From an uncultured delta proteobacterium (lineage in GTDB: Bacteria > Myxococcota_A > Polyangia > Palsa-1104), in NCBI GenBank assembly GCA_963785725.1, contig CAWAWS010000014.1, positions 320,001-384,000 on the forward strand: a stretch of 64,000 nucleotides of DNA. The letters are read 5' to 3'. This document shows, one piece after another, positions 11,319-21,047 of the stretch. The notes under the pieces were generated by a model. That model did no database searches and was not told the origin of the DNA. It saw only the letters and a list, made by a program, of their open reading frames with translations. The position numbers and the translations under genes are program-made. The first letter of the stretch is position 1, and each line of letters begins with the position of its first letter.

Positions 11319-11729
11319 ATGCCGATCGTCTCCGTCGCCAACATTCGCGTGCTCTACGCCGACACCGACCAGATGGGCGTCGTCAACAACGGCGTCTATT
11401 TGCGCTTCTTCGAGATCGGCCGCGCCGAATGGCTGCGCCAGCGCGGTCGCGCCTACAAAGACATGGAAGAGGCCGGCTACATGCTGCCCGTCGTCGAGGC
11501 GCACGTGCGTTATCGCGAGCCGGGGCGCTACGACGACGTCATCGACATCCACGGCGGCCCCGTCGACGTGCGCGCCGCCAGCGTCAAGTTCGAATACCGC
11601 TTGTTTCGCGCCGCCGACGGCAGATTATTGGCCGAGGGCTACACGCTGCACGCCTGCTTGTCGAAGGATGGCAAGGTGCGCCGCTTCCCCGACGAGCTGT
11701 TGTCCTTATTTCATCCTGACCCGCAGTAG
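11319..11729 (+). CDS. Acyl-CoA thioesterase (YbgC/4HBT family)
   Basis: RVLYADTDQMGVV..YLRFFEIGR hot-dog motif. Confidence 0.88.
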   Translation: MPIVSVANIRVLYADTDQMGVVNNGVYLRFFEIGRAEWLRQRGRAYKDMEEAGYMLPVVEAHVRYREPGRYDDVIDIHGGPVDVRAASVKFEYRLFRAADGRLLAEGYTLHACLSKDGKVRRFPDELLSLFHPDPQ

Positions 11730-11758
11730 CCGCAACCAGATAGACCAAGGAGCTCGAT

Positions 11759-12775
11759 ATGGAAGACCGCAACCTGGCATTGGAGCTGGTGCGCGTGACG
11801 GAAGCGGCCGCGCTCAACTGCGCGCGCTGGATGGGACGCGGCGACGCCAAAGGCGCCGACCAGGCGGCCGTCGACGCCATGCGCCGCGCGTTCGACGGCG
11901 TGCGCGTGCGCGGCACCGTCGTCATCGGCGAGGGCGAGCGCGACGAAGCGCCGATGCTGTTCATCGGCGAGCAGGTCGGCGCCGGCTGGCCCGGCAACGA
12001 GAATTCCCGCGCCGACAAAGAGGAATTCGCGCCGCGCGTCGACATCGCCGTCGATCCGCTCGAGGGCACGAACCTGTGTGCCACCGGATCGCCGGGCGCG
12101 CTCGCCGTCATCGCCATCGCCGACGACGGCAAGTTCCTGAACGCGCCCGACACGTACATGGACAAGATCGCGGTCGGCCCCGACGGCAAAGGCGTCATCG
12201 ACCTCACCAAGTCGGCGACCTGGAACTTGAGCGCGCTCGCCGAAGCCAAGGGCACGAAGGTCGAGGACTTGACGGCGATCATCCTGGAGCGCGATCGCCA
12301 TCAAGCGCTGATCGAGGAGGTGCGCAAAGCGGGCGCGCGCATTCGCCTCATCAGCGACGGCGACGTCTCGGCGGCGATCGCGACGTGCAAAGACGGCACC
12401 GGCATCGACGTCCTGTTCGGCACCGGCGGCGCGCCCGAAGGCGTGTTGGCGGCGGCCGCGCTGCGTTGCCTCGGCGGCGAAATGCAGGGCAAGCTCAACT
12501 ATCGCAACGACGGCGAGCGCGTCCGCGCCGAGAAGATGGGCGTCACCGATCACAACAAGATCTACAAGCTCGACGAGCTGGCGCAGGGCAACGTCATGTT
12601 CGCCGCCACCGGCGTCACCGACGGGCCGTTCTTGAAAGGCGTGCGCTTCTTCAAGAACGGCGCGGCCACGCAGTCGATCGTCATGCGCTCGCAGTCGGGC
12701 ACGGTGCGCATCGTCGACGCCGACCACGACTTCGTGCGCAAGCCCAACTTCGGCTGGCTCAAGGACGCGCGCTAA
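11759..12775 (+). CDS. glpX: Class II fructose-1,6-bisphosphatase
   Basis: RNLALELVRVTEAAA, VIGEGERDEAPML, DPLEGT, YMDKI and GGAPEGV. Confidence 0.96.
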   Translation: MEDRNLALELVRVTEAAALNCARWMGRGDAKGADQAAVDAMRRAFDGVRVRGTVVIGEGERDEAPMLFIGEQVGAGWPGNENSRADKEEFAPRVDIAVDPLEGTNLCATGSPGALAVIAIADDGKFLNAPDTYMDKIAVGPDGKGVIDLTKSATWNLSALAEAKGTKVEDLTAIILERDRHQALIEEVRKAGARIRLISDGDVSAAIATCKDGTGIDVLFGTGGAPEGVLAAAALRCLGGEMQGKLNYRNDGERVRAEKMGVTDHNKIYKLDELAQGNVMFAATGVTDGPFLKGVRFFKNGAATQSIVMRSQSGTVRIVDADHDFVRKPNFGWLKDAR

Positions 12776-12776
12776 A

Positions 12777-13789
12777 TCAGCCTTGCCTTAGTTTTTGCCA
12801 CAGAACCTCCGCGCTCAGCGACGGCGGAGGTTGATTCTCGTACGATTTTACCAATTCCACCAAGCGCGTATTGAATGGCGTTTCGATCGCATGTTTGCGA
12901 CCGAGGGCGACGATTTCGCCGTTGAGCAGGTCGACTTCGGTCGGTTCGCCCGCGCTGCAGGTCTTCCCACATCGACGACCGCGCCGACGGATCGACGTTC
13001 ACCATCTTGCGCGCCAGGAGCTTGAAGATCGGCGTCGGCAGCTCCATCAGCGGCGGGATCCACGACGTCGGCACGGGCGCGTCGAACTCGGCCGCGATCT
13101 GCGCGCGCGTGAGCACGGCGTGACCTTCGCGAATGACGGCGGCCATGATGCGGCGATAGCCGCGCGACGCCAGCTGCTCGGCGAGCGGCACGTTCGCCAG
13201 CGCGTTGACGGCGTTATTGAGGTTGAACAGCAGCTTGCCCCACAAAATCGGCGCCAGATCGGGCACGACGTCGGTGGCGATGCCGGCCTGCACGAGCGCG
13301 GCGGCGATCGGCGGCGCGACGCCGGTCGGCAATTGCGCGATGGCGAGCCGGCCGCTCGTCGCCTGGTGAAAATGAGTCTCGCCTTTGCCGAGCACGTTGA
13401 AGCCGACCATGCCGGCGACGACCGCGCGCGGTGACAAGGCGGCGTCGAGCTGCGCGCCGTTGTGCACGCCGTTCTGCAAGCTGACGACGATCGCCTCTTT
13501 GCCGACGATGGGCGCGAGCGCCGCGCCGGCCGCTTGCGTGTCGCGCGCTTTGACGGTGACGAGCACGCACTCGCAGGCGGCGAGCGCGTCGGCCGACGGT
13601 GGCGACGGCGAGCGCGCGCGGCGGCAAGCTGACGTCGAAGCCGTGCAGGTCGCTCACGCGCAAACCGCCGGCCGCGATCGCAGCCGCGCGCGGCGCGCGC
13701 ACGACGAGCGTGACGGCGACGCCCGACGCCGCCAGCCGCCCGCCGACATACGCGCCAATCGAGCCGGCGCCATAGACGCCGACGCGCAT
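12777..13789 (-). pseudogene. 2-dehydropantoate 2-reductase (PanE/ApbA family), two frameshifts (near 13595 and 12940)
   Basis: MRVGVYGAGSIG, VTVK, SLQNG, WGKLLFN, SSMWEDLQRGR and EVDLLNGEIV across three frames. Confidence 0.85.
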
Positions 13790-14664
13790 CACGTTTTGGG
13801 GTGCGCCATCAGCCAGTCGAAGATCTCGTTGCCCCACTCGGGGATCTGGAAGTGCGGCACGTGACCGACGCCGTGCATCGTCCACAATTCGGCGGCGCCG
13901 ACGGGACAGCTCCAAGCCGCGCCGCTGGTCTCGTTGCCGGCGACGACGACGTCGAAGTCGTAGGTCTTGCCGGTGTCCTGCAAACCGCCGGTGCAGTCGT
14001 TCTTCATCGCCCACACGCCGATCGAGGCCATCGCCGACGGCATGAGGCCCATGCCGTCGTACGGGACTTCGGTGTCGGCGTCGCCGTGAATCTGCAGCGC
14101 AGCGACGGGAACCGACGGGTTGCACTTCGACGGATCTTCCCAGTTGTCGCCGGCGAGCGCGGCGATGGCGGCGATCTTGGGCGCGCTGTCGCAGCCCATG
14201 CGATGCGCCATGAAGCCGCCGTTGGAGTGGCCGACGAAGAAGACGCGCTTCTCGTCGATGGCGAAGTGGATGGCGACATCGTCGACGACGGCGTTCAAGT
14301 AGGCGACGTCATCGACGGGCGAGTTGTCGATGTTGCAGCAGGCGTCGGTGGCGTTCCAGAAGCGGTTGCCGGTCGAGTCGATGGTGCCGTCGGGATGCGC
14401 GACGTAGACCTGGCGTTGATCGGCGAGCGTCGAGAAGCCGAACAGCGCGTCTTGCAGGAGACCGTCGGCGCTGTAGCCGTGCAAGAGCACGATGAGCGGC
14501 AGCGGCTTGGTCGGATCGGAGCCGCCCGGGATGTCGATGTCGTACGGCCGCGCGACGATGAGCGGGTTCGGCGGCTGTGACATATCGGCAGGGCTGGTGT
14601 TTCCGGCCGGTTTCGACGAGCAGGCCGAGCAAGCTAATAGCGCGAGAATCATGGATTGGCGCAT
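13789..14664 (-). CDS. Lipoprotein esterase, PHB-depolymerase/LpqC-like alpha/beta hydrolase
   Basis: Lipobox-like LLACSAC; LLHG, WNATDACC, GHSNGG nucleophile motif, IHGDAD. Confidence 0.88.
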   Translation of the reverse strand: MRQSMILALLACSACSSKPAGNTSPADMSQPPNPLIVARPYDIDIPGGSDPTKPLPLIVLLHGYSADGLLQDALFGFSTLADQRQVYVAHPDGTIDSTGNRFWNATDACCNIDNSPVDDVAYLNAVVDDVAIHFAIDEKRVFFVGHSNGGFMAHRMGCDSAPKIAAIAALAGDNWEDPSKCNPSVPVAALQIHGDADTEVPYDGMGLMPSAMASIGVWAMKNDCTGGLQDTGKTYDFDVVVAGNETSGAAWSCPVGAAELWTMHGVGHVPHFQIPEWGNEIFDWLMAHPKT

Positions 14665-14824
14665 GGCCGGCATCATACACGCGGCGTCGCCGAATGTCGG
14701 GCGGTGCGCATGTCGGGCGGCGCACGTTCGAAAGCGCGCGAAAGTGCGGATTCGCGCGAGCCCAAGGTTTCGATCCGAGGCACTAGCAGAGGGAAACCCG
14801 CGAGAAACCTCGAACGCGGTAGCT

Positions 14825-14840
14825 TGGCACCCTGGTTGCT
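14825..14840 (+). promoter_or_regulatory. sigma54 (-24/-12) promoter of mvaS
   Basis: TGGCAC-CCTGG-TTGCT with exact GG-N10-GC spacing; GGAGGAG RBS follows at 14859-14865. Confidence 0.8.
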
Positions 14841-14871
14841 CTCGCGATTGCCATTCGCGGAGGAGATGTAC

Positions 14872-16071
14872 ATGCCCACGATCGGAATCGACGCCATCGC
14901 GCTCGCTGTACCTGAAGGCTACTTGGATCTGGCCGATCTGGCCGCGGCGCGCGGCGTACCCGCCGGGAAATATGTCGAAGGGCTCGGCGTTTCGCGCATG
15001 TCGGTGGCGCGGCAGCACGAAGATCCGGTGGCGCTGGGCGCGACGGCGGCGCGGCGCGTGTTGACGACGGCGGGCATCGATCCCTCGACGATCGGGCTTT
15101 GTGTCGTCGGCACCGAGACGGCGGTCGATCACTCGAAGCCGGTCGCGGCCTACCTCCATCGCATGCTCGGCTTGCCGCAGCGCTGCCGCGTGTTCGAGGC
15201 CAAGCACGCCTGCTTCGGCGGCACCGCCGGCTTGCTCGCGGCGCTCGACTGGATCAAGGCCGGCTCGGCGCACGGTCGCAAGGCGCTCATCGTGTGCACC
15301 GACATCGCGCGCTATGGCCTACAGACGGCGGGCGAGCCGACGCAGGGCGCGGGCGCGGTGGCGATCGTCGTGTCGGAGAATCCGCGGCTGCTCGAGCTCG
15401 AAGTGGGCGTGACCGGCTCGTACTCGCAGGACGTCAACGACTTCTGGCGGCCGCTGTACTCGAAGGAGGCGGTCGTCGACGGGCATCACTCGGTGCAGTG
15501 CTACTTGGATGCGCTTGCGGGCGCGTACAAGAGCTGGCAGGAGACGGCGGCGGAAGCGGGCGTGTCGGGCGAGCTCGTGCGTCGCTGCTATCACGTGCCG
15601 TACGGCAAGATGGCGAAGAAGGCGCATCGCCACGTCATGCAGCTCGAGGGCAAGAGCGAGGCCGAGGCCGACGCGTCGTACACGCTCGAGGTCGCGCCGT
15701 CGCTGCGCTTGCCGTCGCAGGTCGGCAACATCTACACGGGCTCGCTGTACCTGGCGCTGGCGTCGCTGCTCGAGGCGGAGGCGGGCGATCTCGAGGGCAA
15801 GCGCATCGGGCTCTTCAGCTACGGCTCGGGCTGCTGCGCGGAGCATTTCGCGGGCACGGTCGTCGCGGGCGCGGGCGCGTTCGCGGAGTCGCTGCAGCTG
15901 GCGGCGCCGTTGAAAGACCGTCGGCGCTACACGTTCGCGGAGTACGAGCTGATCCGGCAGCGCGACGAGCATGTCGATTCGCGGCCGGTCAACGGCGACG
16001 CGCACGACGGGCCGGAGGGCTCGGTGGCGTTCCTCGGCGTCGATAGCGACCGCCGCATGTACAACGCGTAG
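14872..16071 (+). CDS. mvaS: Hydroxymethylglutaryl-CoA synthase
   Basis: IGIDAI, VGTETAVDHSK, EAKHACFGGT, GEPTQGAGA, YHVPY, GNIYTGS and FSYGSG. Confidence 0.93.
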   Translation: MPTIGIDAIALAVPEGYLDLADLAAARGVPAGKYVEGLGVSRMSVARQHEDPVALGATAARRVLTTAGIDPSTIGLCVVGTETAVDHSKPVAAYLHRMLGLPQRCRVFEAKHACFGGTAGLLAALDWIKAGSAHGRKALIVCTDIARYGLQTAGEPTQGAGAVAIVVSENPRLLELEVGVTGSYSQDVNDFWRPLYSKEAVVDGHHSVQCYLDALAGAYKSWQETAAEAGVSGELVRRCYHVPYGKMAKKAHRHVMQLEGKSEAEADASYTLEVAPSLRLPSQVGNIYTGSLYLALASLLEAEAGDLEGKRIGLFSYGSGCCAEHFAGTVVAGAGAFAESLQLAAPLKDRRRYTFAEYELIRQRDEHVDSRPVNGDAHDGPEGSVAFLGVDSDRRMYNA

Positions 16072-16085
16072 CTGACGTGCGATCG

Positions 16086-16118
16086 CGAGGACGCGCGCGG
16101 ATGGCGTGCGCGTCCTCG
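16086..16118 (+). terminator. GC hairpin downstream of mvaS
   Basis: CGAGGACGCGC (16086-16096) pairs with GCGCGTCCTCG (16108-16118); no clear U-tract. Confidence 0.5.
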
Positions 16119-16274
16119 ATCTTCATCGGCGTTTCCTGCGACAGCTTCCGCTGCGTTAGCTTTCCTGCGGTTCCCGCGTCTCGTTCGTTCCTACGGTTCA
16201 AATGGTTCGGGCGTGTTGGCTTCGACGCGCGGGCGGGCTGTGCCCGTGCGCGTCGAAGCTCCGTCGGACTCCGT

Positions 16275-16370
16275 CATCGGTTGAGCGCGCAGAGTCGTGG
16301 ATGGCTTATCGCGGGCTTGGTCTCGAAGCGCCGACGTTCGCCCCCAAACGCAGAGTCACGAAGTCAGCAC
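16275..16370 (+). repeat. Dispersed ~95-nt intergenic repeat, copy B
   Basis: CATCGGTTGAGCGCGCA...GGCTTATCGCGGGCTTGGTCTCGAAGCGCCGACGTTCGCC...AGCAC. Confidence 0.85.
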
Positions 16371-16400
16371 CTGCTTTGAAGTTGGCGCGGGCGGGGTGAC

Positions 16401-17279
16401 TTATAGGCGGGCGGCGGAGAGGCCGAACATGAGCGGCAGGCCGTCGTGCGTGGCGGGCGCGGCGAAGCGGCCGGCGCCGAGGTCGCGCATGTCGGCGAGC
16501 GGTTGCCAGCCGTTGGCGTAGGGCCATTCGCGCAGCTGCTCGAGGCGCAGGCCGGCGCGCAAGACGGCGTCGACGACGTCGGCGAGGCTCCATTGGAATT
16601 CGTGGGAATGGTCGGGGTTGACGAAGCCGCGATCGCCGTCGATCCAGCCGCTCGGCGTGAGCGCGCTGCCGCTCAAACCGACGTAGTCGCCGACGCCGGC
16701 CGTCTCGGGGCGCGCGACGCCGCTCGTCGTGTACGGGTAGGCGAAGCGACCCTGCTCGTCGAGCATCATCGCGAACGGGTGGAACTCGACGAGCACGAGG
16801 CGACCGCCGGGCGCGAGCACGCGGGCGACGCCGCTCATGAGCGTCGTCAGATCGGAAAGCCAGCCGATGACGCCGTAGGACATGAAGACGCGATCGAAGC
16901 TGCGTCGTTCGTGCGCGGCGCGCGGCAGCCAGTCGTAGACGTCGGCGCGCTCGAAGCGGCCGGGCAGGCCGGAGTCGGCGGCGAGCTGCGTGGCGAAGGC
17001 GACGGCCTCGTCGCTGATGTCGACGCCGGTGACGCGCGCGCCGAGCCGCGCCAACGACAGCGTGTCTTGGCCGCTGTTGCAGCTGAGGTGGAGGAGGCTG
17101 CGGCCGGACAGCTCGCCGAGCAGCTCGCGCTCCTCGGGAAACAGCGTCAGGCCGCCACCGCGCAAGAAGGCCGCCTGATCGTGCTTATGGCTGTTGTGAA
17201 CGACGGTCGCGCGATTCCAGGACCGGCGGTTCTGCTCGTGCAGATCGCGGCGAACGCGGTCGTCTTCGCCCGACGACAT
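16401..17279 (-). CDS. Class I SAM-dependent methyltransferase
   Basis: LLHLSCNSGQDT, VTGVDIS, FDRVF and LAPGGRLVLVEFHP. Confidence 0.9.
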   Translation of the reverse strand: MSSGEDDRVRRDLHEQNRRSWNRATVVHNSHKHDQAAFLRGGGLTLFPEERELLGELSGRSLLHLSCNSGQDTLSLARLGARVTGVDISDEAVAFATQLAADSGLPGRFERADVYDWLPRAAHERRSFDRVFMSYGVIGWLSDLTTLMSGVARVLAPGGRLVLVEFHPFAMMLDEQGRFAYPYTTSGVARPETAGVGDYVGLSGSALTPSGWIDGDRGFVNPDHSHEFQWSLADVVDAVLRAGLRLEQLREWPYANGWQPLADMRDLGAGRFAAPATHDGLPLMFGLSAARL

Positions 17280-17737
17280 CAGCCGGCGAGCAGGGACTCG
17301 GCGATGCGCTTGACGTCGCCGGCTTCGACCAGGCCCTTGTGCGACTTCATGATGTCGCCCACGAGCTTGCCGATCTGCTTGACGTCGCTGACGCCGAGCG
17401 CCGTGATGCGCTCTTGCACCAGCGCCTTCAACGCCGCTTCGTCCATTCCCTTCGGCAGGAAACGCTCGCAGAATTGGATCTCGAAGCGCAGCTCGGCCGC
17501 CTGCTCTTGGCCTTTTTCGCCGATCTTCTCGAACTCCTCGAGCGCCTTTTGCATCTGCTTGCGATAGGCGGCGATGACGTCGGTGATGAGCGCGTCGTCG
17601 ACTTCGCCGGTGAACCCTTTGGAAGTACGCCGCTCCATGATCTTCGTCTTGAGCATGCGCACCACGTCGGACGTGCGCTGGTCCTTGTCCCTCATCGACT
17701 GCTTGAGGGTGTCGTTGAGCTGCTGCTCGAGTGGCAT
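17279..17737 (-). CDS. GatB/YqeY domain protein
   Basis: LNDTLKQSMRDKD, FLPKGMDEAAL and IGKLVGDIMK; ~152 aa; GGGAGG RBS. Confidence 0.88.
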   Translation of the reverse strand: MPLEQQLNDTLKQSMRDKDQRTSDVVRMLKTKIMERRTSKGFTGEVDDALITDVIAAYRKQMQKALEEFEKIGEKGQEQAAELRFEIQFCERFLPKGMDEAALKALVQERITALGVSDVKQIGKLVGDIMKSHKGLVEAGDVKRIAESLLAG

Positions 17738-17767
17738 CGGATCCTCCCGTCGCTGTGATAGCATGAA

Positions 17768-18802
17768 ATGAGAGTGAAGCGCGTTCTCGTCCTGCATACC
17801 GGTGGCACGCTGGGCATGTCGTCGAGCGGCGGGCCGTCGCCGCTGTCGCCCGATACTTATGCGCACGCGATCTTGTCGCGCGTGCCCGAGCTGGCGTCGC
17901 TGGCGCACGTCGAGACACGGATCTTGTGCAACCTCGATTCGTCCGACATCGGGCCCGACGAGTGGAGCGCGCTGGCCGACGAGGTCGCTCAGGCTCGCGA
18001 GCGCGCCGACGGCATCGTCGTCATCCACGGCACGGACACGATGGCCTATACGGCGGCGGCGCTGTCGTTCGCGCTCGCGGGGCTCGATCGACCGGTCGTG
18101 CTCACGGGGTCGCAGCGGCCGCTCGGCGAGATCCGTTCGGACGCGCGCCGCAACCTCGTCGACGCCGTGGATTTGGCGACGCGCGATCTGCCGGAAGTGG
18201 GCGTCTGCTTCGATGGGCAGCTCTTGCGCGGCAATCGCGCGACGAAGGGTGACGCCTGGTCGTATTCGGCGTTCGCGTCGCCGAATTGCCCGCCGTTGGC
18301 GCGACTGGGGCTCGATGTCGAGATCGGCGCGCACGTGCGGCGTCCGCAGCAGCCGTTCGCGGTGGATGCGCGGTTCGATCCACGCGTCGCCGTCTGCTAC
18401 GTCACGCCGGCGATGGCGCCGGCGCTGCTCGAGCGCGTCGGCGCCGGCGAAGGCGACGGTGGCATCCGCGGTGTCGTCTTGGCCGCGTTCGGCGTCGGCA
18501 ACGTGCCGGCGCGCGCGCGTTCGATCGCGACCGCAGTGCAGCGGCTCACCGACAGCGGGGTCACGACGCTCGTGGTCACGCAGGCGCACGCCGGCGCCGT
18601 CGACCTCGCGCTCTACGCCAACGGCGTCTGCTTGCGCGACGCGGGCGCGTTGTCGGGCGGCGACATGGGCATCGAAGCCGCTGTCGCCAAGCTGATGCAC
18701 GCGCTCGCCCGCTTCCCCGACGACGCCGCCGCGCGCGCCGCGTACCTCACGTCCGACGTCGCCGGCGAGCGCGGCGACGGCCGCGTCCACATCCGCGACT
18801 GA
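17768..18802 (+). CDS. L-asparaginase, type I (AnsA-like)
   Basis: HTGGTLGM, DSSD, HGTDTMAY, TGSQ and RGNRATK. Start could be GTG17774. Confidence 0.92.
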   Translation: MRVKRVLVLHTGGTLGMSSSGGPSPLSPDTYAHAILSRVPELASLAHVETRILCNLDSSDIGPDEWSALADEVAQARERADGIVVIHGTDTMAYTAAALSFALAGLDRPVVLTGSQRPLGEIRSDARRNLVDAVDLATRDLPEVGVCFDGQLLRGNRATKGDAWSYSAFASPNCPPLARLGLDVEIGAHVRRPQQPFAVDARFDPRVAVCYVTPAMAPALLERVGAGEGDGGIRGVVLAAFGVGNVPARARSIATAVQRLTDSGVTTLVVTQAHAGAVDLALYANGVCLRDAGALSGGDMGIEAAVAKLMHALARFPDDAAARAAYLTSDVAGERGDGRVHIRD

Positions 18803-18845
18803 CGCCGCCGCCACGGCACGTTCGCTCGCGGCGACGCGTGAAGCC

Positions 18846-18940
18846 GTGCTTGCGTCTGACGTTGCGCTTGGCGGCGAACGTCGGCGCTCCGAGACCAAGC
18901 CCGGAATAAACCATCGATCGCTTTGCGCGCTCCACCGATG
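18846..18940 (-). repeat. Dispersed ~95-nt intergenic repeat, copy C
   Basis: Reverse complement reads CATCGGTGGAGCGCGCA...GGTTTATTCCGGGCTTGGTCTCGGAGCGCCGACGTTCGCC...AGCAC. Confidence 0.85.
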
Positions 18941-18962
18941 TCCGGCCCACTGCCCGACGCGG

Positions 18963-19718
18963 CTACCGCCCCGTAAACCGCGGTTTCCGCTTGTCGCGAA
19001 ATGCCGCCTTCGCCTCGGCCGCATCCGCGCTCGCCCAAGCCGCCTGCACGATCCCGGCGATCTCCGCCGCCGCCGAATCCCCACCCGACTGCAGCAGCTC
19101 CAACACCCGCCGCGTCCCCGCGATCGCCAGCGGCGCCCCGCGCGCCATCTCCGTCGCCAACGCCACCGCTGTCGCCACGACATCCTCGCGCGCCACCACG
19201 CGATCGACCAAGCCCCAGCCGAGCGCGCGCTCCGCCGTCACCGCCGTCGCCGTCAGGAACAGCTCACGCGTGCGCGACAGCCCGCACAGCGCGACGAACC
19301 GCCGCAGCCCCGTCGGCGCGTAGACGAGCCCGAGCCGCACGGGCGGCATCATCAACGTGACCGCTTCGTGCGCCACCCGCAGATCGCACGTCGCCGCCAG
19401 CTCGCAGCCGCCGCCGATCGCCGGGCCATTCAACGCCGCGATCACCGGCAGCGGCCCGTCGCTGACCGCCGCCAACGCCGCGCCCATCGGGTTGACCGTC
19501 GGCGCGCCCGTCGGCAACGCCGCGATGTCGAAGCCCGACGAGAACCAATCGCCGCCGCTCGTCAACACCACGGCGCGCACACCCAGCGACGGCAGCTCAC
19601 CCAAACGCGCCACCAGCCCGTCGAGCATCGTCGGGTCGAGCGCGTTCTTCTTCTTCTCGTTGTGCAGCGTCAGGATGGCGATGTCGTCTCGCCGCTCGAA
19701 CGCAATGTCGCCGCTCAT
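18963..19718 (-). CDS. Enoyl-CoA hydratase/isomerase family protein
   Basis: KNAL, FSSGFDI, PVIAALNGPAIGGGCELA and AFRDKRKPRFTGR. Confidence 0.92.
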   Translation of the reverse strand: MSGDIAFERRDDIAILTLHNEKKKNALDPTMLDGLVARLGELPSLGVRAVVLTSGGDWFSSGFDIAALPTGAPTVNPMGAALAAVSDGPLPVIAALNGPAIGGGCELAATCDLRVAHEAVTLMMPPVRLGLVYAPTGLRRFVALCGLSRTRELFLTATAVTAERALGWGLVDRVVAREDVVATAVALATEMARGAPLAIAGTRRVLELLQSGGDSAAAEIAGIVQAAWASADAAEAKAAFRDKRKPRFTGR

Positions 19719-19775
19719 CGGCAAACCGTACGCGCGCGCGCCGTCGCCGGCAAGCGCGTCATCGTGGGCGCGGCG

Positions 19776-21044
19776 CTACTTGTTGCCGCCCGAAGTGATG
19801 ACGAGATTCGCGCCTTTGCGCTCGACCTTCAGCGTGACATCGGACGTCCCGACATGCAGCGGCACATCGCGCGATTCGCCTTCGGGCACCGTCACCTCGG
19901 CGTGCACCTCCGGCGCATTCCAACGCTGCGCCAGCTGCACGACGCCGAAGATGATGATCAAGAGCGCCATCGCACCGACGAGCAGCGGCGCCGTCATCGA
20001 CGACGACGACGTGAGCTTCTCGACCGGCGCCTCTTTCGGCGCCGCCGCTTTGCGCCGCTCGGTGAAGATATGCACCGCACGCACGCCCGGTCGCCCCTTG
20101 GCCAACAAGTCGAGATCGAAGAGCGCGATCACTTCCGTCCCTTGACCCGGCGACAAGTTGAAGACGAGCTTGTTGGCGTTCTTCAGCGCCGTCACCAAGC
20201 CCAAACCGGCGCCCGACTCCTTCTGCTCCGGCGTCAGCGACTTGAGCGTGCCCTTCGACAAGAACTTCACGACCGTGTCCTTGTCGAGCGACCCATACGC
20301 ATCGCGCACGGCCACCGCGAACAGCTGCCCGTTCGACGCGCACGCCACTTTCACCGGCCGATCGAACGTCTTGCCCGCCATCTCCTTGCGCGGCAGATGC
20401 TGATAGAGCGGCTTGCCGTTCTCGTCGGCGGGCGCGTGATACATGGCGTTGATGAGCAGCTCTTCGGAGACGAGCGCCATGCGATCGCGCACCGGACCGC
20501 GCGCGCCCGCCAGCTCGGCATAGGCGTTGAGCACGTCGAGCGCCTTGACCTTCTCTTCGTAGCCGGCGATCTCCATGTTGTAGAGCGTCACGCCCCACGG
20601 GAAATACTTCTGCAGGCCGAAGACTTGGCCGTGCAAGAGCTTGGTCACCGTGACGATGAAGTCCTCGGGCTCGAACTCGTCGTCGAAGGTGATGACGCTC
20701 GAGCAGCGCGGCGAACGCAGGCTCTCGACCATCTGCCCGAAGTCCTGCGCCCCGACGATGGCGATGAGCCGCACCTCGGGAAACACCGTCGCCAGGTCCT
20801 TCATCTTCGGCGCCGACGGCGAGCGCAGATCGACCGCGATCAGCGACGGCGCCTCCGCCGGCAGCTTCGACAGGTCGCTGATGAACTCGGTGACCGCGCC
20901 CGTCGCCGTCATCAGCCGCTTGAGCGAACGGCGCATCGACGCCTCGCTCGAGACGATGAGGATCTTGTGGCGCAGCATGGCGTCGACGCCGCGGCGACGC
21001 TCCTTCGGCTGCTCCTCCGCTTGCTCCTTCGTCGCTGCCGCCAT
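19776..21044 (-). CDS. Receiver-like + GHKL (anti-sigma/RsbW-like) ATPase + C-terminal TM protein
   Basis: KILIVS receiver-like start; EELLINAMYHAP (N-box), VRDAYG (G1), GAGLGL (G2); TM segment LLVGAMALLIIIFGVV. Confidence 0.75.
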   Translation of the reverse strand: MAAATKEQAEEQPKERRRGVDAMLRHKILIVSSEASMRRSLKRLMTATGAVTEFISDLSKLPAEAPSLIAVDLRSPSAPKMKDLATVFPEVRLIAIVGAQDFGQMVESLRSPRCSSVITFDDEFEPEDFIVTVTKLLHGQVFGLQKYFPWGVTLYNMEIAGYEEKVKALDVLNAYAELAGARGPVRDRMALVSEELLINAMYHAPADENGKPLYQHLPRKEMAGKTFDRPVKVACASNGQLFAVAVRDAYGSLDKDTVVKFLSKGTLKSLTPEQKESGAGLGLVTALKNANKLVFNLSPGQGTEVIALFDLDLLAKGRPGVRAVHIFTERRKAAAPKEAPVEKLTSSSSMTAPLLVGAMALLIIIFGVVQLAQRWNAPEVHAEVTVPEGESRDVPLHVGTSDVTLKVERKGANLVITSGGNK

Positions 21045-21047
21045 CCG

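Noticed and set aside
16302..16345. tRNA-like look of the repeat core (GCTTGGT, GTTCG)
   Set aside because: No acceptor stem, anticodon arm or correct T-arm spacing could be built.
16202..16399. Small ORFs over repeat copies B and C with similar peptides (MAYRGLGLEAPTFA / MVYSGLGLGAPTFA)
   Set aside because: Differences between copies are mostly non-synonymous and copy A lacks the ATG, so the similarity is at DNA level.
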